From Psammoneis japonica (Eukaryota): 64,000 nt of DNA. The notes under the pieces were generated by a model. It was given only the letters and a program-made list of their open reading frames with translations. It did not search any database and was not told the origin of the DNA. The position numbers and the translations under genes are program-made. Numbering within the stretch: position 1 is the first letter of the stretch; every line of letters starts with the position of its first letter. The DNA is taken from contig QPGO01000015.1 of assembly GCA_008632985.1 (NCBI GenBank), forward strand, positions 125,998-189,997, read 5' to 3'. Below are positions 24,040-34,949 of this stretch, piece by piece.

Positions 24040-24975
24040 TTAAAAGACAACCGTGTCCAGCATTGTACCCAAGCACTGGACAATGTTGGAGCTCATAAGG
24101 TCCGAAACACTGCTTTCCAAGTGCCGCTTGGGATCAATCTTTCCAACGTTCTCAACCATAACCTCCTCGGACGTCTTCCCCTCCTCTTGCTGAACACGCT
24201 CATTGTAGTCTGCCGTGAGCTTGAGCATCTTGTCAACGATGTCCTCGGTGCTCTTTTGGTGGTCCTCGAATCGGTTGACCGTCAGTCCTGAAGTCCAACT
24301 GCGCTTGTGTAAATTCATAAGCATCTGCTCTTCCAGCTCGTTCTTGCGATAGTCAATGACTATCGAATAGTAATGACGATTCAAACCATGAATTAAAGCC
24401 TGAATGGAAGGCTTTTGCAAGTGGCCAATATTCGAGGTGGTTTGCCGAGGCTCCGAACCCAACATCATCAACTGGGGATTGATGAGTCTGAAGCAATCAA
24501 TAACTACTTTGCCTTTGACACTCTGGATCGGGTCGACCACAAGCGCAACCGCACGATCGTTGAGCGCTTCGAATGAGCTCTGTGTGTTGATATCGGTCGA
24601 ACTCAACCAGCAGCCAAAGCCGGGATGCGAGTGGTACCAGCCAACCACCATTTCAGGGCGACCAGTCTGCTTGAGCATGTCAAGCATTGTTGCCTGAAAG
24701 GCGGGATCAACAGCCTCGACGGACACCGTCGTACCACTCTGAGGCATGGCAAACACATCCACGCAGTTGATGGTGTAGTCGTCAACAAACTGACCGAGCA
24801 TGAGACCCATCACCTCCATCGGAACACCCGCTCGTCCGTGCTTTAGCATTTTCAGCAAGGCAAGCGATGACACGTGAACCTTTTCAGCGCAATCCGGTGT
24901 AGGAGAGTCGGATCCACCGCCTCCACCCATACCACCTCCTGGCATTGTTCGCATTAGTTGTTGCAAGCGCTCCAT
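24040..24975 (-). CDS. RPN11: 26S proteasome deubiquitinase subunit Rpn11/PSMD14
   Basis: [26 protein letters not shown] and the JAMM motif [17 protein letters not shown]. The start is at 24975 or 24990. Confidence 0.97.
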   Translation of the reverse strand: MERLQQLMRTMPGGGMGGGGGSDSPTPDCAEKVHVSSLALLKMLKHGRAGVPMEVMGLMLGQFVDDYTINCVDVFAMPQSGTTVSVEAVDPAFQATMLDMLKQTGRPEMVVGWYHSHPGFGCWLSSTDINTQSSFEALNDRAVALVVDPIQSVKGKVVIDCFRLINPQLMMLGSEPRQTTSNIGHLQKPSIQALIHGLNRHYYSIVIDYRKNELEEQMLMNLHKRSWTSGLTVNRFEDHQKSTEDIVDKMLKLTADYNERVQQEEGKTSEEVMVENVGKIDPKRHLESSVSDLMSSNIVQCLGTMLDTVVF

Positions 24976-25224
24976 GTTGTACAATCCCAATGTCTTTCTG
25001 GACTAAAAGTGCACCGGTACTTCTTGGCCATGGCGAAATTGAAAATGAAGAAGAAGCGTCGCGATGCGCTTGGAAGGTTACTTTGTGCTCCGTACACTTC
25101 TCTCGTATGTAGAAATAATACTGAAGATGATGTAGACAAATCTTTGTTATAATTGTTAGGTGATTGACCTGTTGGGTTCGGTTTTGTTGTGCGTGCGTGC
25201 GGTGCTTTACATTGTTACTAAACT

Positions 25225-25530
25225 TACTCTCTCTAGAGTAGCTAGCTACAGTAGCTCTACTCTAGCTCTAGAGAGCTACTACTCTCTAGCTAGCTCCTCT
25301 AGTAGTAGCTAGCTAGAGTAGCTATCGCAAGCTAGCTCTACTCTCTAGAGCTATGCTACCGGTAGCTACGCTCTAGTAGATGGCTATGCTCTCTACTAGC
25401 AGTAGCTACCGTAACTATCTAGAGCTACTCTCTAGAAGAGAGTAGCTACCGGTTGATACAGCACATGCTATCTAGAGCTAGGACTATCGGGTAGCAGCTA
25501 CTACTCTCTATAGGTAGCTGACTACTATTG
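25225..25530. repeat. Low-complexity TAG/CTA/AGCT/CTAG-rich tract
   Basis: About 300 bp built from shuffled tag, cta, agct, tctaga and gctagc words with no fixed period. Confidence 0.9.
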
Positions 25531-25729
25531 CATCTCCATTGATCCTGCCTTGGGTCAACTCCTGTCAAACCTATACGCATTGAGACGACGAACGTGTTCT
25601 ACATGGCCACACGAATCGACTCGATTGATTGTACACTGTGTAGCCTCATAAGCTGTTATTAGCAATTTAAAATCACTTCAGTGCGATCAATTCTTGTCCA
25701 TATAGCGACCCTTCTTTCGATCTAAAGAG

Positions 25730-27889
25730 CTATATCAATGACAAGTATCGCTGAAGCTGCTCCTTCTGTTTCCCGTCTTCCAGCCCGCTTGAGAACTCCT
25801 CCAATGCATCCTTTACAACTGCATCAAATCGAGAGCAAAAGGGCGTGAGCGAGCAGACCAAAACACACGCGCAGCACACATCACGACAATTCATCAAACC
25901 TACCACCAATTCCCGACTTTTGTAGGGTAAATTGTTCAAGAGTGTGTTCGTGGCCACGTTTTGATCCAACACAGCAAAATGCGGTAATGGCGCCCACACG
26001 ATGAAACAAGTCACCCCCACCTTTCAGTTTGGCACTCATCGCGGCAAGCTCTACTTCAGCTGAATCCATTTCCTCTTCGACGTCGCTTCGGTAAAAGCTG
26101 TACACTGCAGCTCTTGCTCTTTCGTCATATTTCAACGCTAGTTCCACAAGCCGGTCGCATTTTTCCTGTGGATTCGTCAATGCGCAAAATGGTGAGAATT
26201 GTCGTAAGCAGGCAGAAACGGTTTCGTGACTAGCGACTTACACAGTCTGCCTCCAGAAACTTGACCAACAAGCGTTCATAAGCCTCGTGAGGAGATGATT
26301 CCTTATATGCCTGGTAAGTGAGTACAGGATACGAATAGCATTCTCTCCAAAGACTGCAGCCACTCTCGCCGAGCTTGTTGCGTTCGTTTGCTCGTCTTGT
26401 TGGACTTGCCAGCATCAGTACAAGGTGCAGGTTTAGGTATAGACCGTCCCATAAAGATAGGAAAGATATATTTGAGTCCTCCAGCATCGATAAGGTGTTC
26501 ACACGCTTTGACGTATACTGGATCTGACCCACAAAAATCCAAAGTCTTGAGCGCCGCACCCCCGGCGTGTACCTTTTCTTTCAGACACCGCAGTACCAAC
26601 TCAATCCCCTGAGCTTGTAGAAAACGATGTACATTCTGTGGTTGGAACAACAAGGATGCCAAGGCCAAGCACTGATTCTCGAGAATCTCACACTCAGTCT
26701 CATTTGTCGGATGGCGTTTCCGATAAAGAGCAATGGCTTGCAACAACAACTCCATCCCATCAATCGTCTTTGATTCTAGTTTTCCCTCTAAAAATTCAGA
26801 TTGATAAGAAGGTAGCTCTCCAACATCTGGAACGTTAGCAGCACCGTCTTCCTGCTGCAATAGAAATGACAAGAGCTCTGCTGCACGACTTTGAACTTTT
26901 GATTCTGCATCCGTGGCTTGAGGCAAGAGCCACGAGATGAACGTAGTTTGCTTCAAAATCATGGCTGCCACCGGCGAGCTTTCTAGTAGACCGCCAAGGA
27001 GGACGTCTAACTCCAGAAATGACTCCATTACTGTGAGGGTATCTTCAATCCCTGAAATATCCTCGTCGTCTTCGTTTCCTAATCTTCCGAGATTACTCAC
27101 AATCAACTCGAGACAATTGTCGACGGTGGAGGCTGCAATTTGAGAAAAGCCATCGCGTGTATTTTCATCCGCATCAGTCATAGTCTCTGGATCCAACCAA
27201 TCCACCAAAACATTCATTACACTGAGCGCGACATCACTGTTCTCGTGGGACAATAATGTCGGGAACACGTCTTGCGTAACGCTCTGCAACAGCGGATACA
27301 ACTCTGGATTCGCCGCCACTGCTTTGAACATTGTAATTTGTCCGTGCAAGTTCAATTCGCTCTCCATGTACGACTCCGGTGAATCGGCATATTTTGCTCT
27401 CTCCATGGCATTTCGATCAAGCGCACGCTGCAAAGCCAACGTGCCCTGCTGCACTCCTCTTGGAGTGAGTTCCAATACTTTTTGATCTTGTGTTGCCTCT
27501 TCAGCCTGCTTTAGTAGCTCATCCCCCGTCAAGATCCGTACTTTATTTTGTTTCTCATCAATTCGCACCCCTTTACGCTTTCTGTTATTGCTCCTTTCCT
27601 CTGGTGCGTCTTCCTCTGTAGCTGCGGCTGGATCCTTGTGATAGCCTGTCCCCTTCTGCTTCGAGGTCCCAAAGTAGTATCCGTCCTTTGAACCCTGCCA
27701 TGTTTTGGATGGAATGAAATCTGGTCGCTTCTCTATGGGCAAAGAAGCAGCGGCGGATGACGATACACCAAAGCTGGTGTCGATCATGCGATCCAGAGTA
27801 TCCTCCATGGACGAAGATGCGTTTGCCTGACCATTGGTGTGTGTCGCTGTAGTTGTAGAAGTGTGAGACATCTTTGAATCATGATCCAT
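25730..27889 (-). CDS. CTNNBL1: Beta-catenin-like protein 1 (Prp19 complex), multi-exon, with apparent indels near 26300-26345
   Basis: Motifs RAKYADSPESYMESELNL, LLSHENSD, FLQAQGIEL and GGLKYIFPIFMG. The C-terminus continues in other frames and exons: RLLVKFLE, EKCDRLVEL (25881-26180), and a last exon ending at 25730. Confidence 0.88.
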
Positions 27890-28274
27890 AACAATACGTG
27901 TACTTTTGCTCTCTCGACAAGGACTTGCGGGGTAGGTGACGACCTGTGACCTTCGTCCACAACAACTTCACAAAGTCTAATTAGCTATTAATAGGCTAAG
28001 CCAAAGTTGTCGCTGATAGCTTGCAGATTTAGATTGCAGTTGCGTTGATGTGTTGGGTGAGGTATGGGGTATGGTGATGACTTTGCGAGCCACCTTGCTT
28101 TGTATGTGTGGCACGAAGATAAATTCCGTTTTCGTGTAGAAAGCTCGTGACAAATGGAATTTCAAATTTCGAAATTGATATGCGCAATTCTCCCTGGCAC
28201 CACCACCACACCTCGGTATCTGCGTGTTGGTTGTTGGCACTTGTTGCTGTTACGCCTTCTGCTTTGTATCAAAC

Positions 28275-29392
28275 ATGACAAAGAAATGGCTGATATGCCT
28301 CCTTCTTGTGTTTTTGTCGTTGCTCAATGATGCTGTTGCACACACTGGAGGAGCCTCAAAGGATTTGTACAAGATCTTGGGCGTTACAAAGAATGCAGAC
28401 TCAAAAGAATTGAAACGGGCATACCGAAAGTTGGTAAGTCTCGATTTTTCTTTGGCATGTCTCTCTGGAGAATACGGCATTATACTCAACGGCTCTTACC
28501 ATTTGCGATGGGCGAATTTCAGAGCTTGAAGCATCATCCTGACAAGGTGCCTCCCGAGAAGCGTGATCAAGCTGAAAAGAAATTTAAAGAAATCAATGAA
28601 GCGTATGAAACGTTATCGGATGAAGAAAAGCGATCCATGTATGATCAATTCGGTGAGGCAGGCTTGAATCCACAGTTCCAACCTGGCGGATTCGGTGGGG
28701 CTTCTGACGGCTTTAGTGGTTTCTCTTCGCGAGGTCGACAAGGACCAAGTCCGTTTGAGTTTTTCAGCAGCGATCCATCGATGTTTGGCGAAAGCGGCGG
28801 TGGCATTGACCTTGCTGATATCTGAGGAGTGTCCTTGGAGATAGGGCGCCTGGCGGAGGACAACGACGAAGAGCATCGTCGAGACCGCAGCAGTCACAAG
28901 AGTCTTTCACAAACATGATGCATGCAGTCTGGAGGAATTGGCGTCGGGAGCGACGAAAAAGATGAAAGTTACGCATCCCGTGAAACCCAACCCCTTTACA
29001 AACCAGCAGGAACTGCAAGAGAAAATCTATCATGTCCATTTGAAGCCAGGTTGGAAGAGCGGGACCAAGATAAGGTATCCTGCCAAGGACGGCTTCCCAG
29101 CTATTACGTTTGTAGTTCAAGAAAAGCCGCACGCGTTTCTGGAGCGACGAGGAAACGATCTGCACTACAACTGCAAGCTTACTCCAAAGCAAGCAGAGAA
29201 GGGGGCTCGCATCAAGATATCACTCCCCACCGGTGAGACGATCTCGGTTTCCACAGTCGAAGAGACCCCCACCAGAAATGGCCAGGTTATGACTATTTCA
29301 GGCAAAGGCATGCCCATCAAGGGTGTGATTCGCATAGAGGAGATCTCGTGATTGAGTTTCAAGTTGTGCCACAGACGTCGGCTGCAGCTTGA
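28275..29392 (+). CDS. Class B DnaJ/Hsp40 with signal peptide; intron 28434-28522; apparent indels near 28822 and 29330
   Basis: Signal-like N-terminus, J-domain (DLYKILGV...[12 protein letters not shown]), G/F-rich region and DnaJ_C ([22 protein letters not shown]). Confidence 0.9.
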
Positions 29393-29433
29393 ATATTCTT
29401 GTCAATCAGAAGAGCGTGACCTGGAAGACCGCA

Positions 29434-29802
29434 TTATGAGTCTGTAATTGCAAGTAACATGGCAATTTCTACGCTGGATTGAGAGCGCAACGAGGTCTTG
29501 ATCGATGGAACGGTGTTTCGTCGTTCTATGGATTGACGATCTGAAGAATTCGACAGCCCGACCCTCAATATCTTCTCAAGATCGTGATACGAGGCCATCA
29601 GGAGCTGATTTTGAAACAAGAGTTTGGCAGCTTCTGCGAGCACAGCACAGTGGCTTAAAGGATCGCTTGCGGGTCGCTTTCTTCGACGTTGTTGTGGACT
29701 CATCGACGGTGTTTGATATAGTTGCGCCAAATCATCGTAGGTCGACACTGCTAGTACGGCTTCGAGGTGCCAGTCGAGGGATTGTGAAACATGCTGTAGC
29801 AA
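29434..29802 (-). CDS. Possible hypothetical protein or terminal exon
   Basis: 122-codon ORF with normal composition, convergent with DnaJ. No recognisable motif and no clear ATG start. Confidence 0.3.
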   Translation of the reverse strand: MLQHVSQSLDWHLEAVLAVSTYDDLAQLYQTPSMSPQQRRRKRPASDPLSHCAVLAEAAKLLFQNQLLMASYHDLEKILRVGLSNSSDRQSIERRNTVPSIKTSLRSQSSVEIAMLLAITDS

Positions 29803-30321
29803 TCTTGTGAAACTACTTCTACTGAACCGAACGTGCCGTGACTTGAAAAGAGCCCTGATCTACCCATAACGCTCTCTACTTAGAGCTACTTGAGCAGTCT
29901 GTTTGCAAGGTTGGAAAGTTCAGAGATTCTTCTCCTACTTCGTAAGATAGTCACTCTGGTACGTGAAGGTCGTTCCAGGTTGGCAAAATCCCTCAACTTG
30001 GCGCACGGCGGACGCACGCAAACATTCGCGCTCTTTTTCGCGCGCCTAGCGACTCCAAAATGAAATGACCGAAAACTGCGTTGTAGATTCTACGTGATTC
30101 GTGTACCGGTATGAGGAATCCCCCATGGCGACTCCGACTCTTAGTTTTTTGAATGCCGTCTACGTGCGACCTACGACGTTTTCCCGTACAGATCTGGCTC
30201 CGTTCACCTGGTACATTTTCTACTTCGGCGAGCCGAATTCAAATCTCCCGCCGGAACGCAACCGCGGCGCGTTCGAATCACTTTTCGTTCGCTGTCGTCT
30301 CGTGAAGACTTTGTGATACGA

Positions 30322-32919
30322 ATGACATTCACCATGATGCTATCCTCTTCTACTCGCCCCCGTAATGGCTTCGCGCTTGCCTGGTCGGCCGTGCTTCTTG
30401 TCCTCTTCGCTTCGTTGAAACGCGGACAAGCCCGTCTCGATGAAGCGCACTTGGAAGGAAGTCTTCTTCGCGGTGGAAGCATTTTAGCAAGCAACCGTGA
30501 CTTGTTTGACCTTCCATCGCCCTTTGACTTCAACTCCGACGCGTGTCTAGCAAAGTGCACCGGTACGGACGACGAGGAACTAACCCCCTTTCTCAACGCT
30601 TGTCCAAAGTGCCCCGACAGGTACTCGAAGGAGCATTGCAACCATTGCTGCCTTGATGGCGCTTCATCGTTGAAGCTCCGCTGGCATGGATGCCCTCCTG
30701 GAGACTTCTCTTTTGCTTCTATCTCCGACATGAGCGAAGACTGCAATGTCGATACCGACGACTACGACGCTTTTGCCACTCCTCGCTTCGTCGATTGTGA
30801 GTGCTACGACGCCATCGCCAGTACCGAGTCATTCTCGCCTGTTGGATGTGATACGTTCAGCGTCTGGGACGTGACCCCAAGCAACGCAAGCTACTTTGAC
30901 ATCTGCATCGTATCGGTCTCGACTACTGGCGAGATGGACTTTTCCCAAGCTCTTTCGCCCGTTGTCGGCATAATCCATTCGTCCCCGGATACAGACGACG
31001 ATACGCACCCCTACATCTTCAAGAACGATACTACCGATTGGAACATGTATCCAATGACGACGTACTTCGACACGACGTGCAAGATTATCAATGGTGCCGA
31101 CTTTGTCCTACCAATTTTCCCTGGGTTCGGAAAGTTTCCCAACAGTTGCGCCAATGAGAGTTTCATTGACCTTGAAGAGCACGGAAATCCGCGGCTGCCG
31201 AGCGAAATTGACCACCATGATGGTGCGCCTCCGGAAGAAGCATTTTGGTTCGAGTTTATGGATGGAACAAGTACTTCGTTCTGGCCGAGCGACGGGACTG
31301 ATCTCGAGCATCATTCCTTCGACCCAACGTTTGCTGTTTGTTCGTGCACGGATTGCCAATCTCGCAATCCATCTGGTCCTCCTTCCGTATCGCCTCTCCC
31401 AAGTCCAACACGTTCTCCGGCTATTGATCCCACTAAAGAACCATCCATGTCCCCGACGGGCAAACCAACACCGTCACCAAGTGGTGATACGCCTTCCGTA
31501 CCGCCTTTCCCAAGTCCAACGCATTCTCCGGCTCTTGATCCAACTGAAGAACCATCCGTGTCCCCGACGGGCAAAACCACCACTTCTCCAAGTGGCGAAA
31601 CGCCTTCCGTATCGCCTCTCCCAAGTCCGACCCATTCTCCGGCTCTTGATCCCACTAAAGAACCATCCGTGTCCCCGACGGGCAAGCCAACCCCTTCAGG
31701 TGGAACGCCTTCCGTCTCGCCTTCCCCAAGTCCAACGCACGCACCGGCTGAGCCCTCTATCAGGCCTGTCACTCCGAAGCCCTCGCGCCGCCCTACAATT
31801 GGCACAAGTTCTCCGCCTACTATGCTTCCGACTCCGCCACAGTCACCAACTGTCAGCGCTACTGAGATACCCACAGCGCTCCCAACGTTCTCTCCGACGG
31901 CGGCGCCCACGGAGACGCAGGAAGATCCTCCTACTGAGAGCCCTTCGAATCAGCCCCACCAGCCCTCTCATCCTCCCGTTTTTCCTACCGAGCGTCCTTC
32001 GTCAAAGCCGTCGAACATGGCTTCTCCTACTATGACTCCTACAACGACGCCAACGGAGTATCCTACCTTCAGTCCTACTGCCTTGCCGACGGCTCTCCCG
32101 ACGTTCTCTCCAACGGCGGCGCCCACGGAAAGCCCTTCGAATCAGCCACACCAGCCCTCTCATCCTCCTATTTTTCCCACCGAGCGTCCTTCGTCAAAGC
32201 CGTCGAACGTTCCCACGGCTTCTCCTACTATGACTCCTACAACGACGCCAACGGAGTATCCCACCTTCGGTCCTACTGCCTTGCCGACGGCTCTCCCGAC
32301 GTTCTCTCCTACAAAGGCGCCAACGGAGTATCCCACCTTCAGTCCTACTGCCTTGCCGACGGCTCTCCCGACGTTCTCTCCTACCACAACGCCAACAGAG
32401 TATCCCACCTTCAGTCCTACTGCCTTGCCGACGGCTCTCCCGACGTTCTCTCCTACGACAACACCAACAGAGTATCCTACCTTCAGTCCGACGGTGATAC
32501 CAACGTCTCAACCGCACCAGCGTCCCTCGTCAAAGCCATCTCATGCTCCCAGCACTGGACCAACGACGCAACCAACTTACTGTGGACCTCATGAACCGAC
32601 TCTTCCGAAGACACCCACTCAGATTCCTTCCCAGGAACCATCTACTGCTCCAAGCGAGTGCGAAGATCGCCACTATGCAGAATGTAACACGTTTGCTCTG
32701 TTGCACTGCAGGACTAAAGCCGATGACGACTTTTGCTTCTTCCCTGGAACGAGGAAGCTACAAGCCTTGCAGTCATTTCTGTCTCAACTCGGTTCCCTTT
32801 CGTCGGTGGAGGAGGCTTTTCAGGGCGACGAAATCATTTCGAAAGAAGCGATTCTGACCGAGATTGGGAGTCACAAGGCCCGTCGCAGCATGCTTCAGCT
32901 CGGTTCTGAATCTGGATAG
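30322..32919 (+). CDS. Secreted/surface mucin-like protein with a Cys-rich N-domain and Pro/Thr/Ser tandem repeats
   Basis: ~865-aa ORF with a hydrophobic N-terminal segment, a Cys/Asp-rich domain, ~40-aa PSVSPLPSPT repeats (31380-31740) and PTEYPTFSPTALPTALPTFS repeats (~32050-32490). Confidence 0.88.
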   Translation: MTFTMMLSSSTRPRNGFALAWSAVLLVLFASLKRGQARLDEAHLEGSLLRGGSILASNRDLFDLPSPFDFNSDACLAKCTGTDDEELTPFLNACPKCPDRYSKEHCNHCCLDGASSLKLRWHGCPPGDFSFASISDMSEDCNVDTDDYDAFATPRFVDCECYDAIASTESFSPVGCDTFSVWDVTPSNASYFDICIVSVSTTGEMDFSQALSPVVGIIHSSPDTDDDTHPYIFKNDTTDWNMYPMTTYFDTTCKIINGADFVLPIFPGFGKFPNSCANESFIDLEEHGNPRLPSEIDHHDGAPPEEAFWFEFMDGTSTSFWPSDGTDLEHHSFDPTFAVCSCTDCQSRNPSGPPSVSPLPSPTRSPAIDPTKEPSMSPTGKPTPSPSGDTPSVPPFPSPTHSPALDPTEEPSVSPTGKTTTSPSGETPSVSPLPSPTHSPALDPTKEPSVSPTGKPTPSGGTPSVSPSPSPTHAPAEPSIRPVTPKPSRRPTIGTSSPPTMLPTPPQSPTVSATEIPTALPTFSPTAAPTETQEDPPTESPSNQPHQPSHPPVFPTERPSSKPSNMASPTMTPTTTPTEYPTFSPTALPTALPTFSPTAAPTESPSNQPHQPSHPPIFPTERPSSKPSNVPTASPTMTPTTTPTEYPTFGPTALPTALPTFSPTKAPTEYPTFSPTALPTALPTFSPTTTPTEYPTFSPTALPTALPTFSPTTTPTEYPTFSPTVIPTSQPHQRPSSKPSHAPSTGPTTQPTYCGPHEPTLPKTPTQIPSQEPSTAPSECEDRHYAECNTFALLHCRTKADDDFCFFPGTRKLQALQSFLSQLGSLSSVEEAFQGDEIISKEAILTEIGSHKARRSMLQLGSESG

Positions 32920-33123
32920 CGGGACTGGTCGACCTTTGACGCGAACGACAACTTTTTGTTGCGTCGCATTGGTTTCTTGGTGATAGAATCCAGTCGTTTT
33001 CCCATGCATAGCACTTGACTACTAACCAAAGTAAGCGAGATGATTATGAAACTGGTCAGATATGGTGCTTTCAGCAAACTCATTAATACAATGGACATTA
33101 TTATGCCCATTTGAGCAGTGACG

Positions 33124-34738
33124 TTATACGTTCTGATTCTTTATGAATTCCAAAGTGACAGCGGAGAAGAAAAAGTATACAGCCGACAGAGCGAAAATAA
33201 CGGAGTAACCCAACCGACTGTATTCCTCTTCCTCGTTAGTCTGTTCATCATGTTGGCTTCCCACTACGTACAAAAGTGGACCACCGAGCAGAGGGCCCAA
33301 AGCAGAGCCTATGAAGCCGGCAACACCCCAAATCCCTAGGAGCTGAGCATGACCCCCGCCTCCCTCGCCAACTTCTCGAGGCAAAGAATCAACCGCCAGG
33401 CTCGTATCCATAGTTAGATACACTCCATTTGCTGCGCCAAGAACAAGTACCGAAGTTGTAACATCATTCAAGCTCTGACAAATAATTAGGCTGAGAGTGG
33501 CGAGAAAAAGCAAAGTGCACGACAAGTAGACAAACGGCTTTCGACGGCTTCGGCAAAAACTATCAGATATCAGTCCAACGGGGTAGCATGTAACTGCACC
33601 TGTGCATTGACCGAGAATGGCAAGCGTTGCGACGGCAGTCTCGGGATCATCTCGAACGCCAATGACATCGTGGAGGTAGTAGAGGAAGAAAGTCTGAACC
33701 GAGATCCCCATGTAATACCACGTTCGGGAAACGGTTACCACAAAGAAATCATGAAACTTTGTCCTGTCAATAGTGTAGGACTGGCGAAGCGTACTCCAGT
33801 CCATGCTAGTCAATGGATCATACAGCATTGTCCGAAACAACAGAGAAGGCGTCAGGACGGTCGTCGGCGAAGCGGGTGTTTCACCGCGATCTTGTCGAAG
33901 CCTGCAAGCGTGTTCAACGTCCCCTGGGTGGGCATACAGGCAAGTGAGCACCGACGTGAAGATTATAATGCAGATGTATAATCCATACATGTCTGAAATT
34001 TTCTCGGAGAAGAGAGAATGGAAAAGTCCAAAGCCGAAGAGTGAGCCGGTGACGAGGAGGAGCGCCAAGGTACCGTTGGCCATTCCTGTTTGTGATTCTG
34101 AGATTTGATCGGGGATCAGGGCAATCATCGTAGTGTATACAATCATAAGCCCAATCATATGAAGAAAGAAGAAAAACCCGTATCTAAACCACTTTTTGAT
34201 AGAGAAAAACAAGTGGTTCAGGAAATCCGAGCACAATCAACTGCGTTGTAGCTATATAATTGACCAACATTCGTCCCGAACGTACCAGTGCTCGATCGGA
34301 TGAAAAAACCTGCCCAATCAGTCCGACGACTGTGAAAGCCGCACCGAGTACCAAATATGGCAAACGTTGTCCAACATCCTTTGGAGCGCGATAGTTGTCG
34401 CTTAAAGATCCGACTAATGGTGACACCAGTTGTACCGTTCCGGCAATTGCTACAAAGCAACCGAGAGCCACAGACTTTGGTATTGTTGAATCTCCTTTGT
34501 TGATGCGTTCGCATTCAACAGGGAGAGTTATCAGAAACAGTGTTGTCAGAATGCATCCGTACGCAAAAGCTGTCGATAGTATTGCAGAGATTTCCCACCA
34601 TTCTTTTTCGGTAGGAAAAGTGCCAGCGTGGATCTGCGTTTTTGATAGCCCGTCGTCTTCCTCGTCTTCTGTATTCTGCTCGGGTCCGTACCTGTGAGTA
34701 GCTCCATCGACAAGCCGCTGCTTTTCATAATCAACCAT
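33124..34738 (-). CDS. Major facilitator superfamily transporter, one intron (~34195-34284)
   Basis: Many TM segments and MFS motif A-like GSLSD...R.P and GLISD..RRKP, split over two frames joined by a GT..AG intron. Confidence 0.88.
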
Positions 34739-34949
34739 GATTTTCAACGCCTCGAAATATCACTTTCATTGCTCTTATTGGTCTTCGAAGGTTCTTCGTC
34801 TTCGGCCATCGTCAACACAGAAAATCCAGCAGTACAGTATGACTTTGCTGATTGCAATGTTGCGCGTGCGCGGGTGCGCAGAAAGATGCTGGAGATTTCC
34901 CCGCGCTCTCGAGATTTTTCAAAATCAAAGCCTCTTCTCACTTGCCAAA

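Noticed and set aside
26290..29340. Frameshifts in CTNNBL1 and DnaJ (and the ubiquitin leader) as pseudogenisation or programmed frameshifting
   Set aside because: Several 1-nt indels in otherwise conserved genes are more simply explained as consensus errors. Read data are needed to confirm.
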